DNA of 64,000 nt from Phoronis australis (taxonomy: Eukaryota; Animalia; Phoronida). The translations under genes and the position numbers were made by a program. The stretch lies in NCBI GenBank assembly GCA_002633005.1, contig NMRA01000001.1, positions 1,896,938 through 1,960,937 on the forward strand, given 5' to 3'. A model generated the notes under the pieces. The model was not told the DNA's origin. It was given only the letters and a program-made list of their open reading frames with translations, and ran no database searches. Within the stretch, counting starts at the first letter, position 1; each line of letters starts with the position of its first letter. Positions 41,401 through 52,100 of this stretch are shown in pieces.

Positions 41401-44400
41401 AGGCCACACAATTTCAATAATGTTGGTTTTAGGCCACACAATTTCAATAATGTTGGTTTTAGGCCACACAATTTCAATGAAATTGACAAGTGAGCCTCTA
41501 CTGCAAGGTTCGAAAAAAACCTAACAAGTTCCGTAAGAATGACATTTGACAGGATTGTACAAGGTTATTTGATACAATATTCAGTTTCTGTTTAATGTTA
41601 TCATGTATGTAGACATACAAGACCAGGCTGGGTAATTTTGTAATAAACTGAACCATTCAGCTGAACCCATCAAGCTATGCATACTTTCTAACGTCCTGCG
41701 AATCGTCAACATCACATCTCCTGTTCATGTCATTCAAGACGCGTATTAAATCATTGACTTTGTTCAGTTAAAAATTACAAAGAAACGACAATCCACTTGC
41801 TGACTGCAAGATAACTAAGAATGCTTTCACCTTTCGCATCACTCTCCCTGGCCAAGGCTGATTGAATCAGTCTATTTCATTATTGGCATCTGACATTTTA
41901 AACACAGCATAAAAAATACATGGAAGAGATGTGTTAGTTTCCTAATTCACCAACTGTAGCAATATGACAAAAATTGTGATTCTTGCATGACACAAGAATC
42001 ATTCTGGCGCATGCATTTGACAATAATGAGTTACAAAGAACGCTTCACTTGTGTCAAGTGTGGTCACGACGAACAATGCCTAAAAATTTTTCAACAGCTC
42101 TTCTGGAATGTAAGGTAAGAATGACACGATTGGTTAATGGTGTATTCCCTGGAAACGAGACGGGCTCATTAATAAAATATAGCACATATATATGTATATG
42201 TATATCTACATGTACATGTATATTTTGGTAGTAGACCTTCTTTAATACATGTTTCATTGAAAAGTAAGCTGTTCTTGGCCTTAGATAGTTTGTTCAACAA
42301 AGTTTCGTATTGTCTACATAAATGTCTTTAGTCAGATGGCAGTTGAAATAGTAGATCACCGAGTGTAAGTGGAATCACAAACACAAATATATAAGTATAT
42401 ATAAAATAAAACACTGTGCAGAACATTTCATAGTAAAACACTTGCTGTACTTCGACTAAACTTCAGTCATCCAAGACAAATGAATTTAAAATTATAAACA
42501 AGAACAATGACTTTAAACACGAATATAAGGAAGCATATATAAGAGCGCAATTTCTTTCACAAGGAATTGTCATCGGAACTAAGCTACTATAAAATGTTGT
42601 AAAATTTAATGAAATACATAGGTATTACAAAACATGGACAGTATTTATGTAACAACAAGGTACGATGGAACCAAGTATCTTGGGAATTTATGTAAGGAGT
42701 TTCAATTTTTATTATTAAAGCTTCGACAATTTTCAGATGAAAGATATCCCGTTCGAAATACCTAACAATAGTATTGTCCACGTTGTCAGAACAGGACATT
42801 TTCTTTTTGTGGAGTGTTTGAAAGTGATCTTTAATGGAACCATTTTGCAGATGCATAGATAACAGGAGAGATAAAATTCAAGTTGTATAGCCAACATATC
42901 TTAAACAATCAGTGTTAGAACGAATACATTGAACAGATAAAACAATACGAAAGTTTGTTGAACAAACTATCTAAAACCAAGAACAGCTTACTTTTCAATG
43001 AAACATGTATATGTATTTCTATATGTATATGTATTTGTATACGTAATTGTATATGTATATGTATTTGTACATGAATTTGTTTATGTATATGTATTTGAAT
43101 ATGTAAATGTATTTGTATATGTACATGTATTTTGTAAATAGAGCTTTCAGTTTTCCCTACACGTATTCAAACATGGTGCTGCATCATGTTTGAAAAATTT
43201 TGCACCATGTTTGGAAGTCTTGAGCAATATTTGAAAAGCTCTGAGCCATGTTTGAAATCTAAAGCCACGTTTAAACAGCGTGGGTTTATATGATTCATAC
43301 GACAAGTGATTGAAATAGATTGCATGGTGGTATTTAATTCTAATCTGTTCTTTTGCTTTGTAAAACCAATAACAGCGTGTTCAGCAAGTGAAAGTATTGT
43401 GAAACTCTACCGTCGTTGTTTCTGAGATCAGTAGAAAAGAAAATTTGGATGCAAAAACTTGACGCACAAATTACAGGGCTTGGAATGAAAAAAAAAACAT
43501 TTCCAGGTGATGCATCATTCCACAATAAATAGGCTTATGTGGTAGAAATATTTTTGGTTGTAAAATTTAATAGAGACAAAAAAGAGCAAACTGGCAATCA
43601 AATAAGAAGAAATCGAAACCAAAAAAGAGGAAGACCTCTTAAAAGAGGAAAATTACAAGCCCTGAAATAATACCATGTTTCAATTTTTGAAAGAGAGAAC
43701 CATGCGCCTTCGGTTCACAGAATATGACACCTACCAATGAACAAGAGCCTTGCCTCCACTGTTACGAGCCTCATTAAGAAAGTTAGCACATGAGTCAAAA
43801 TGGCTGAGTAGGTCATCCAGTTCTGTATCACAGGCTTGTATCCACTTACATGTATAGATATCCTGGCCAAATAAAGCAATTTGTAATTCACATAAATAAC
43901 ATCTGAAAGAAGCCGTGGTTAGACAATAGACATTACAGTAACAAATTCTTCAATTTAGGAGAAAAACAATTGCTAAAATTGCCATATTTCTATTTTTCAG
44001 AGGCTTACCACATTGTTGCAAATGCTCAAAGTTTTACCAAGTAATGTTCGGTAATAGCTACGCCATACAAATCGTGCTAAAAGCAAAGTAATTTTCCAGA
44101 AAAATTGGTTTTATTGAGAAATTTACCAAAATGAAATTACACTTGTCCAACAAATTGTGTTCCAAACTGAAGAAATTTTACTGTAACGTTATTAAACAAA
44201 AATAAAGCCTGTAAATGTCTGTTGAAATTTGCACATGTTAGTTTTATCCAAACTGTAAACTCAATACACAGGCACACAAAATACCATTATTGCTATGCCC
44301 TATATTGGCATAAACTTTCACTTTCATTGGCCTGTTCACAAAACGGCAGAAAAAATCTGATAGTCACCAATGCTACTACCCCTACAGCATAGACAGCCCA

Positions 44401-44603
44401 CTGAGAAACATTTCCATTTCTACAAGAAGAAATGTCAAATTCCCATTCACTCACTCCCAACTACAAACCTGTGTACATTTCTTCAGTGGCCTATCATCCA
44501 CCGTCAATATGTGAGTCACTCCAAGAGCCTTCAACTCATCTCCTCGTTTAGTAACATCCTTCAGGCACCCCAGGTACAGGCCTTCAACAAGTTTCACTGG
44601 CAT
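38450..44603 (-). CDS. DUSP12: Dual specificity protein phosphatase 12 (YVH1), 6 exons
   Basis: Minus-strand exons 44603-44469 (MPVKLVEGLYLG...GVTHILTVD), 43862-43735 (DLLSHFDSCANFL...ALVH), 41185-41072 (CRHGVSRSAT), 39875-39754 (PNDGFMKQL), 39523-39237 (FKCRRCRRVLF...CRQSLFVEPLKWM) and 38620-38450 (LNCPKCDGKLGSFNWVGERCPCGQWVTPAFHI). HCx5RS catalytic motif plus the YVH1 zinc-binding domain; phases are consistent. Confidence 0.95.
39895..39952. repeat. 15-bp tandem repeat (AATACAATACAACAT)n
   Basis: About 4 copies, next to the DUSP12 exon 4 acceptor. Confidence 0.9.
41323..41478. repeat. 30-bp minisatellite, ~5 copies, in a DUSP12 intron
   Basis: Unit TTTCAATAATGTTGGTTTTAGGCCACACAA repeated almost perfectly with no spacers. 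Confidence 0.95.
42246..43010 (-). mobile_element. Penelope-like element fragment (second family) bounded by inverted repeats, inserted in an (ATATGT)n microsatellite
   Basis: Minus strand YVGYTT*...MHLQNGSIKDHF...LKIVEALIIKIETPYINSQ, the C-terminal half of a GIY-YIG domain. 42246-42313 is the inverted copy of 42942-43010. ATATGT-type repeats lie on both sides (42187-42222, 43005-43130). Confidence 0.75.
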
Positions 44604-44690
44604 GCTGAGCCGGAATAAGAATTACACCGTATAATAAACTTAACGTCCAATAATTGAAATCAGTCTTTATTAGTAAAAACTGGCAACACT

Positions 44691-46696
44691 CTAAGCTTGG
44701 GCCTTTTCTTGGTCCACTTTGGTGTAAACAGGCTTGATCTTCTCTTTGAACTCTTTCAAAGCATGCTGCCTATCAAAATACTTTACCTGGAAAATGACAA
44801 AGATTTTCGTTCTCATACAAGCTAATTTCAAAGGCTTTTGTATTGGGAAGTTAAAAAGGTGGTTGAGCATGGGCGATTAAAAATTCTTTGATATGAGTGG
44901 TACATATACAATCGACTGTCAGCCACAGGTATGCAAATTGCGCGAGTATTAGGAGTTATATATTCATACTTGGATGGTATTAAAAACCTAAAAGTCTTGA
45001 GTGCACTTATGGTGAAAGGCGCTTTACCAAACATGACCGTTCAAAAGTATATTTAGTCAAGCGTGGGTGTTAACCTGGAGGACAATGGTAAGATAAATCA
45101 ACATGGAATGACCAAAGTCACCTTCTACAAAGTGATGATAAGAAACATAAATAACACTCAAATTGTATGTATTTAAAAAGCAGATACAAGAAAATGATAA
45201 TTCTCCACTTATTTTGCACAAATAATAGAATTGTGACTGTCTTTTTTCATAGTCTGATTACTTGACTGTGAATCATGGTAAATTCACCAGAAGTTGTTTT
45301 AAGACATCTAAACAGAACAATCCATAGTACCGTAGTAACAGAAATAACCTAGTACACAATATTCTCTAATATACATACATCAGAGATGATAGTAATGAAT
45401 CATCATTTGGAAAGCTACTATAAGAGAAAATTTGCTCCTTCACTTTGAATTTAGAAGGTAAAAAGTTATATTTGTACCAAGACAAATACTTGAGGAATTG
45501 CAAATTTTCTAAAAACTGCTTTGTTTTGTTACAAAATATGGGACAACAATAAAAACTATCATTCTGTACTTCACAGATGAAAAGCCTACAACCTTCCTCA
45601 GTTTCTTGAATTACCACTAAATGCCGACATTACAGTTCTATAATTAGAATTAGTGCATCACAAAACTGGTCAAATTCTAACACAGAACTACATAACAAGG
45701 GCAACGCGTAGCGTTAAAATGCGCTCACGGCTGCACCGCAAACGGCGTGCTTCTAGGGGTGTTGATTTGTATCATAAAAAATGGTCATTAGACGGCACGG
45801 AATACATTGGACCCACCCAAAATGGGAAGGTGCCGTCAACCAAATTTTATGAAAATCCGCCAAAGAATTCCTCAGATACAAAGGCAAACATAAAGAAAAA
45901 CAAACTGCCATCAGGAACCACAGCAGTAGTCGAATCCGTCCATCTGCCGTCAAGTTAATAGCGGGTAACGAGTGGGAGTGCTGCCTAAGGGCTATATGTG
46001 AAATCAATAACTGGTCACGTGACTACATAGGTGCAGACGAAAAATCTAGTAGTCACTATGAAAAATGGCTATGACCACGTGGAAGCCATCTTTACAATAT
46101 TGCATAGTTAACAAAAACATTATATATACTTCCAAAATTCCTCAAGCAGGGAGGTAGGTTAGCCGAGCAGCAGCGGTGAAAATAAATCATCCCTTGTGAC
46201 AGTGGGCCTGTAGAAGGTCTCAAAGCAATGCATCGACCTTTCTGTCCCAGTTTATCACAAAATTCAAACATGACTTTTCTACGTCTGTAACCATTAGTAA
46301 CCTTACTGAGTGGACAGAAAAAATGGCAGTGAGATAATTGAAAATTCTTGCTTCGATTTTTCTTTTCGAATTTTCAGTCACAGCATCAGAAGTTGTATGA
46401 GTTGTTTTTTGTAAAAAAACTGCAAAATTTCATGGGGTTTTGGAGATAAAGCAGCAGATGACAGCCGGACGGACAGGGATGATGGCATAATGCACTCACG
46501 TGTAAACATGTGGGCACATGAAAAGGCATTACAACGTAAAATCACAAACCCAACTCTTGGGACAAAATTCTTCATATTTGTCTCTGAATTCTTTGCACTC
46601 GGCAGAATCCTCCTTATTGACATCCGCACACTGAAAGAAGCGATCTCGAGCTGTATAGCATTTTTCACGAGCATTCTTTAGTGGTGGAGACGACAT
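44691..46696 (-). CDS. COA6: Cytochrome c oxidase assembly factor 6 (COX6B-like CX9C-CX10C protein), 2 coding exons, 80 aa
   Basis: Exon 46696-46550 MSSPPLKNAREKCYTARDRFFQCADVNKEDSAECKEFRDKYEEFCPKSW and exon 44786-44691 VKYFDRQHALKEFKEKIKPVYTKVDQEKAQA*. CX9C-CX10C spacing and the CPxSWVKYFD motif. An acceptor at 46716 implies an upstream non-coding exon (candidate donor at 48763). Confidence 0.9.
45693..46520 (-). mobile_element. HINE/DINE-1-like element (same family as 29660-30930) in the COA6 intron
   Basis: 46430-46520 reverse-complemented matches the 5' end of the 29660 element (ATGTGCCCACATGTTT...GCATTATGCCATCATCCCTGTCCGTCC...CTGCTTTATCTCCAAAA). 45693-45730 matches its 3' hairpin end (AACAAGGGCAACGCGTAGCGTT). 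Confidence 0.7.
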
Positions 46697-47161
46697 TTTT
46701 TCAGAAGCATTCCACTGCAACAAAAAGTGAACTTAAGTCTCTGTGCCACAAGAACAATATTTTCAAAAAGAAAATGAACAAGCTAGGAAAAATGGTATAC
46801 TTTCATAGACCCAGAAAACAAGTTCAATCCAAAGTCCAACTTCAACTCTACAACATCCCCACAAAGTAATGCAATAAAATGTGTGTAAAGCTGAGTGCCT
46901 GGGGTTTTAGGGAACATTTTTGTACTTTGACCACGAATTTGTTGCGAACTCGCCGGAGCAGGACACCGTGAATGGTATTAGAAGAACAATTGCTAATGGT
47001 TTGTTGAAACCCTGTTTTGTATAAATTTATTGAGTTTCGTGTTTGATATGGACGGCTGAAGTGAAGCACCCATGGAATTCCTTGTCAAGAGTGTCATACC
47101 TTGTAGTATTATATATAGTGTATTGGGGATGATCAAAAGCTGAGGACGCCTGTGCCACATC

Positions 47162-48590
47162 CGGTCTTTAGCTCTTCATTTTGATAGAAGTTTTACAGCG
47201 AGGTGACGAGCAGAACTACACAGAAATAACACATAGCCAGGGTAGTTCTGCTCGTCAACTCGCTGTGAAACCTGTATCTGCATGTAGAGCTAAAGACCCG
47301 ACAGGGTGCATGCAAAATCTGGGAATCAAATAACACTCACCTTGCCCGTTAAACCGTTGGAAAACAATCTAATAAATTTCATTTTCTTGCGTAATCCCCC
47401 ACCTTTTCTAACAAAGAAAAGTTATGTTGTCGTATTGAAAACAGTACGCTCGTGACACACGTACACACCATTTCCTAAATTTTTTCGGGAAATGATGATA
47501 GCTTGGCAGCAGCAAAATTACTTCTGAAATTCGGTTTTTCAGTGTCAAAATTCTAAAAACTTGCAACTTATAATGAAGTGAAACCAGTTCCGATAATTTG
47601 TTGTGACATGTACGTAACCTCGTGAAAGAACAACTGTTGAGTGAAGAATATGCGAAAAAAGAAATTGGCCAATAGGCGACACAATATTTCATGGCGCCGA
47701 AAGTTGTCGCTAAAGATCGCTCCACAACTTCAGCAGTCATTTTTTCCAACACCATTAAGTAATCTAGCTTACTCAAGGAAGACTGTAGTTTTTAATGACA
47801 CTAATTTTGGGTCAGATTTTATCTTACCACTTTTTGACCCACATCTGCGCAAAGCTGTATGTTTAGTATACAGTTTTTTGTACCAAGGCTAGCTATTGCC
47901 TAGCCAGCCAGCTAGCAGTATGGAGACTGATGTCAAAATACAGCTAGGTACCACTGTGTGTATTTCTTCAGTAGACCCCAAAATTGCACACAGCCAGGGT
48001 AGTTCTGCGCGTCACCTCGCTGTGAAACTTGCATCAACATGTAAAGCTAGAGACCAGACGGGGTGCATGCAAAATCTGGGAATCAACCGACACTCACCTT
48101 GCACGTTACAGCCGTTTAAGTAAAAAACAATGCAATAAATGTCATTTTCTTGCGTAACTCTCCGCCTTTTCTAACAATGAAAAGTATGTAGTCGTTTTGA
48201 AAACAGTACGCTTGTGTCACGCGCACTCGCCATATCCTAAATTTTTGCGACATCTCTCGGGAGATGATGATAGTTTGGCAGCAGCAAAATTTCTTCTGAA
48301 ATTCGGTTGTTTGATATCAAAATTCTATAAAAACTTGGAATGAAATGAAACCAATTCCAATAATTTGTAGTGACGTGTACGCAACCTCGTGAAAGAAAAC
48401 AGTTGATTGAAGAATCGGTGAAAAAGGGAAAGTTAACTGGCCAATAGGTGATGCAATATTTCATGGCGCTGAAAGCTGTCGCTAAAGATCGCTCCACAAC
48501 TTTAGCAGCAGAATAATGGTACAACGCCATTTTTTCCAACACCTTTAAATACTTCAGACTGTAGTTTTTAATGATACTAATTTTAGCCAA
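47162..48590. repeat. Two diverged direct copies of a ~560-600-bp repeat (47234-47810, 47992-48590) preceded by an inverted partial copy
   Basis: Both copies start AGCCAGGGTAGTTCTGC and share GGGTGCATGCAAAATCTGGGAATCAA and GTCGCTAAAGATCGCTCCACAACTT. 47162-47219 is inverted relative to 47242-47299. Confidence 0.85.
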
Positions 48591-48763
48591 GGCTGCAAGT
48601 GCAAACCACAACTCCACAAGCACAAGCAAGCTGATCACAACAGATAGCACCACTTGGGTGTTTTCTTATACATTTAGTCTATACATTCCAACACCATACT
48701 TACACTTGAAATTCGTAGAGCTTCAGTCAGACCATACAATGTATCTCAGATACGTAGACCTAC

Positions 48764-49196
48764 TTGCAAAAAAATACAGATCAACAACGTTCTAAGCACG
48801 AGAAACGAAAACGGAAGTGACCGTAGTGCAGTCTATTTTTATAAATGCGCACAAAATGAGTAACAAAATAATTATGAATTATTTAACAAAAATCATAATA
48901 TTCATCAATTAAATGTTATTGTTTTCAAAAAATATAAGACTTTTGGTACGTTGAAAGCTATGAAATTTTACAGAAAGCGAATAATCAAAAACCCAGTTTG
49001 AACGCATAAATATTTCCATAGCAATTTCACATGCGCGGACTATTTTGAAAAATGGCGACTTACTGGGAAGTGCCCTGCTCATTTAAAACAGAATGTGTTA
49101 TTTCGTGGATAGCTTTTTCCCAGCCAGTGGAATTGTTTCAAAGTCTCATTTGATGAAGCAGTCGGCGTGTTCACCGTAAGCCCCTAATTACCAATC
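48764..49196. promoter_or_regulatory. Putative bidirectional promoter between COA6(/DUSP12) and NAA30
   Basis: The genes are divergent. ETS-type CGGAAGTG at 48812, YY1-type AAAATGGCG at 49049, and a minus-strand donor AA|GTAGGT at 48764/48763 that could end a non-coding first exon. Confidence 0.55.
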
Positions 49197-52100
49197 ATGG
49201 ACATTGCTCATATGTCGTCTGATCTCGGAAATACTGAGCCATCTGTAGGTTCGTTGCCGTTAAATGTTGCACAGACAACCATATCGAAGTCATCAGTTGA
49301 AGGCAATGGCGTCATGCCAAACGGCTGTGTGAAAATTTTACCCAATAATGACAAAAGCTATAAAGACAATGACTACCGAGATGTGGACCAGTGTTGCAAA
49401 ACAAGCGATTTATGCAAAGATAAAACAAGTGGATGTGTAAATCAATCACTACTGGTGGACAGTGCCAGTGGTTGTGGGGATGATCATGAACACAAGTTAA
49501 AAGATGATATTGAGGAACTGACTAGTTGTATATCCAACACCAAAGTAACTGATGAAGTGATTACAGAGGCTGGCCAATCTTCAACAGATGAGGAGTGTGG
49601 CATTAGATACGCTGTTTATGTGTCGGAGCTACAGATGCCTGATATCATAAGACTGATTACTAAAGACTTATCAGAGCCATATTCAATATACACATACAGA
49701 TATTTTATACATAATTGGCCAAAATTATGTTATTTGGTAGGTCCTAGTGAGGTCCGCAGGTGCAATGATTCCCACAACTCTAGTTTCAGTTGCTAACTTC
49801 ATGTATGACCCTAGAAAAAGTGCAAATTTGGCTGTGAAACATATCTCAGAAATAGCAGACTAGATTTATATGAACCCTCACTTTTGCACAAGGGGTTGTC
49901 AAAATATAATACTTATATGATTTTCATGAAAAAAGTCAAAGGTCTGATGAAACAAAATTGATGATTTAGAAAAATGTAACCGCTTTTTTCCTTTCTTCAT
50001 TCAGATTCATGTGAACCAGAATTTGATTACTGTGAACCATTGTTTAGCTATCAGCGCATAGGCGGATTTAGGGGGGGGGGGCCCAGAGGGCCCGGGTCCC
50101 CCCCCNNNNNNNNNNNNNNNNNNNNNNNNNNNNNNNNNNNNNNNNNNNNNNNNNNNNNNNNNNNNNNNNNNNNNNNNNNNNNNNNNNNNNNNNNNNNNNN
50201 NNNNNNNNNNNNNNNNNNNNNNNNNNNNNNNNNNNNNNNNNNNNNNNNNNNNNNNNNNNNNNNNNNNNNNNNNNNNNNNNNNNNNNNNNNNNNNNNNNNN
50301 NNNNNNNNNNNNNNNNNNNNNNNNNNNNNNNNNNNNNNNNNNNNNNNNNNNNNNNNNNNNNNNNNNNNNNNNNNNNNNNNNNNNNNNNNNNNNNNNNNNN
50401 NNNNNNNNNNNNNNNNNNNNNNNNNNNNNNNNNNNNNNNNNNNNNNNNNNNNNNNNNNNNNNNNNNNNNNNNNNNNNNNNNNNNNNNNNNNNNNNNNNNN
50501 NNNNNNNNNNNNNNNNNNNNNNNNNNNNNNNNNNNNNNNNNNNNNNNNNNNNNNNNNNNNNNNNNNNNNNNNNNNNNNNNNNNNNNNNNNNNNNNNNNNN
50601 NNNNNNNNNNNNNNNNNNNNNNNNNNNNNNNNNNNNNNNNNNNNNNNNNNNNNNNNNNNNNNNNNNNNNNNNNNNNNNNNNNNNNNNNNNNNNNNNNNNN
50701 NNNNNNNNNNNNNNNNNNNNNNNNNNNNNNNNNNNNNNNNNNNNNNNNNNNNNNNNNNNNNNNNNNNNNNNNNNNNNNNNNNNNNNNNNNNNNNNNNNNN
50801 NNNNCCGACCTCCCCCCATTCGGTGCTATGGGCATCTACAATCGTGGTTCAGTTTGCGCAAATGTTTACAGCCGGACAAAAATGTTGGGCCCCCCCTTGT
50901 GATATCCTAGATCCGCCACTGCAGCGTACCTTTCTTTTTGCTCAATTTTTACAAAAGAAATGCGGTTACGAAATCCAATTAATGACATGTTGGTAATAAG
51001 TCAAAAATTTAATTCTGCATGCTTTGTACTGTAAGAAAATGTGTTCTTTCATTGAGTTGATAACTATAGTTTCCTTTATATAGATACTCAGATTTTTGGA
51101 CATGGTCCTACATAACCTTGAAGTCATTAAAACTATACTAAACGTACTACAAAACAGTTAACTGACAACTAAACCTTAACTACTAAGTTTATAGCTAAAG
51201 TCAGTCGCATGCCCACAAACGTCTGTTTTTGTGCGCAAAATACATTTCCGGGCTGATCAAGGATTTTAATTAATAGCACTTTAAAGAATATTTCAAGAAA
51301 TGTTACCTTGCTAAAACAGTTTTAAACAGTGGAACGTTAGTTATTTTTACTCGGCACTGCGACTGCAAGATTTTTCAAAATGGTTTACTAAAATTCGAAA
51401 TCATTAGGTCTATGCCATTCTATTAATTCTTTGAGTATAAAAACTGGTTCTAATAATTAATTAAAAACACAATTTCAAAAGCAAGCTGGGAGTTCTTGAT
51501 GCGGCGACTGTTTAGTGTAGGTCCAGAAGAGATAGTGCATAAGTTTACTCTACTTTGAACGTTTACTGATTGAAATGCACATTCTCCAAGATGGTTTCAT
51601 GTCATCTAATTCCAAGTTTTCCTTGTGTAAAGTTAAGTTGTGACTTATGTGGAATTATTTGATTCGAGTTGAGACCAGTCTTTGTATATTTTGTTGATTT
51701 TACTCCTTGGAAAACCAGGATCTTTAAGCGATTGTCATATTCTTATAGGTTGACGAACACATTTAGTGTTTAAATCTGGTATAACATCTGTCTTCCGTCA
51801 AAAACTAACTTTTGATTTAGACCTCTTGCGCTTACAAAACTGACCTGTGCTTGCTCCTCATTCAGGCAAGTGATTTCTAAGCTTAAAAGATGTGATACTT
51901 CATTGTTGAATGAGATCATGTGTGCGACGCTAAGTACTGCTGCAACACACCAGTCGTGATACTGTACTCACTCTCTTCCTGTTGCAAAGCAACAGCTTTG
52001 ATACTGTTCCTACTCTCTAGCAGCAAGGAATTTCCTAAGCCCAAAAATATTTAGTTTGAGAAAGGAACGCGTTCAGACCAGCTTTTATTCATAAGTTGTT

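Noticed and set aside
41323-41478. 30-bp repeats resembling a CRISPR array, and the repetitive ORFs across them
   Set aside because: The units are contiguous with no unique spacers, there are no cas genes and the context is a eukaryotic intron. It is a minisatellite.
44604-44690. Stop-codon readthrough fusing COA6 to DUSP12 (the 87-nt spacer keeps the two ORFs in frame)
   Set aside because: A second in-frame stop (TAA) occurs seven codons after the COA6 TAG.
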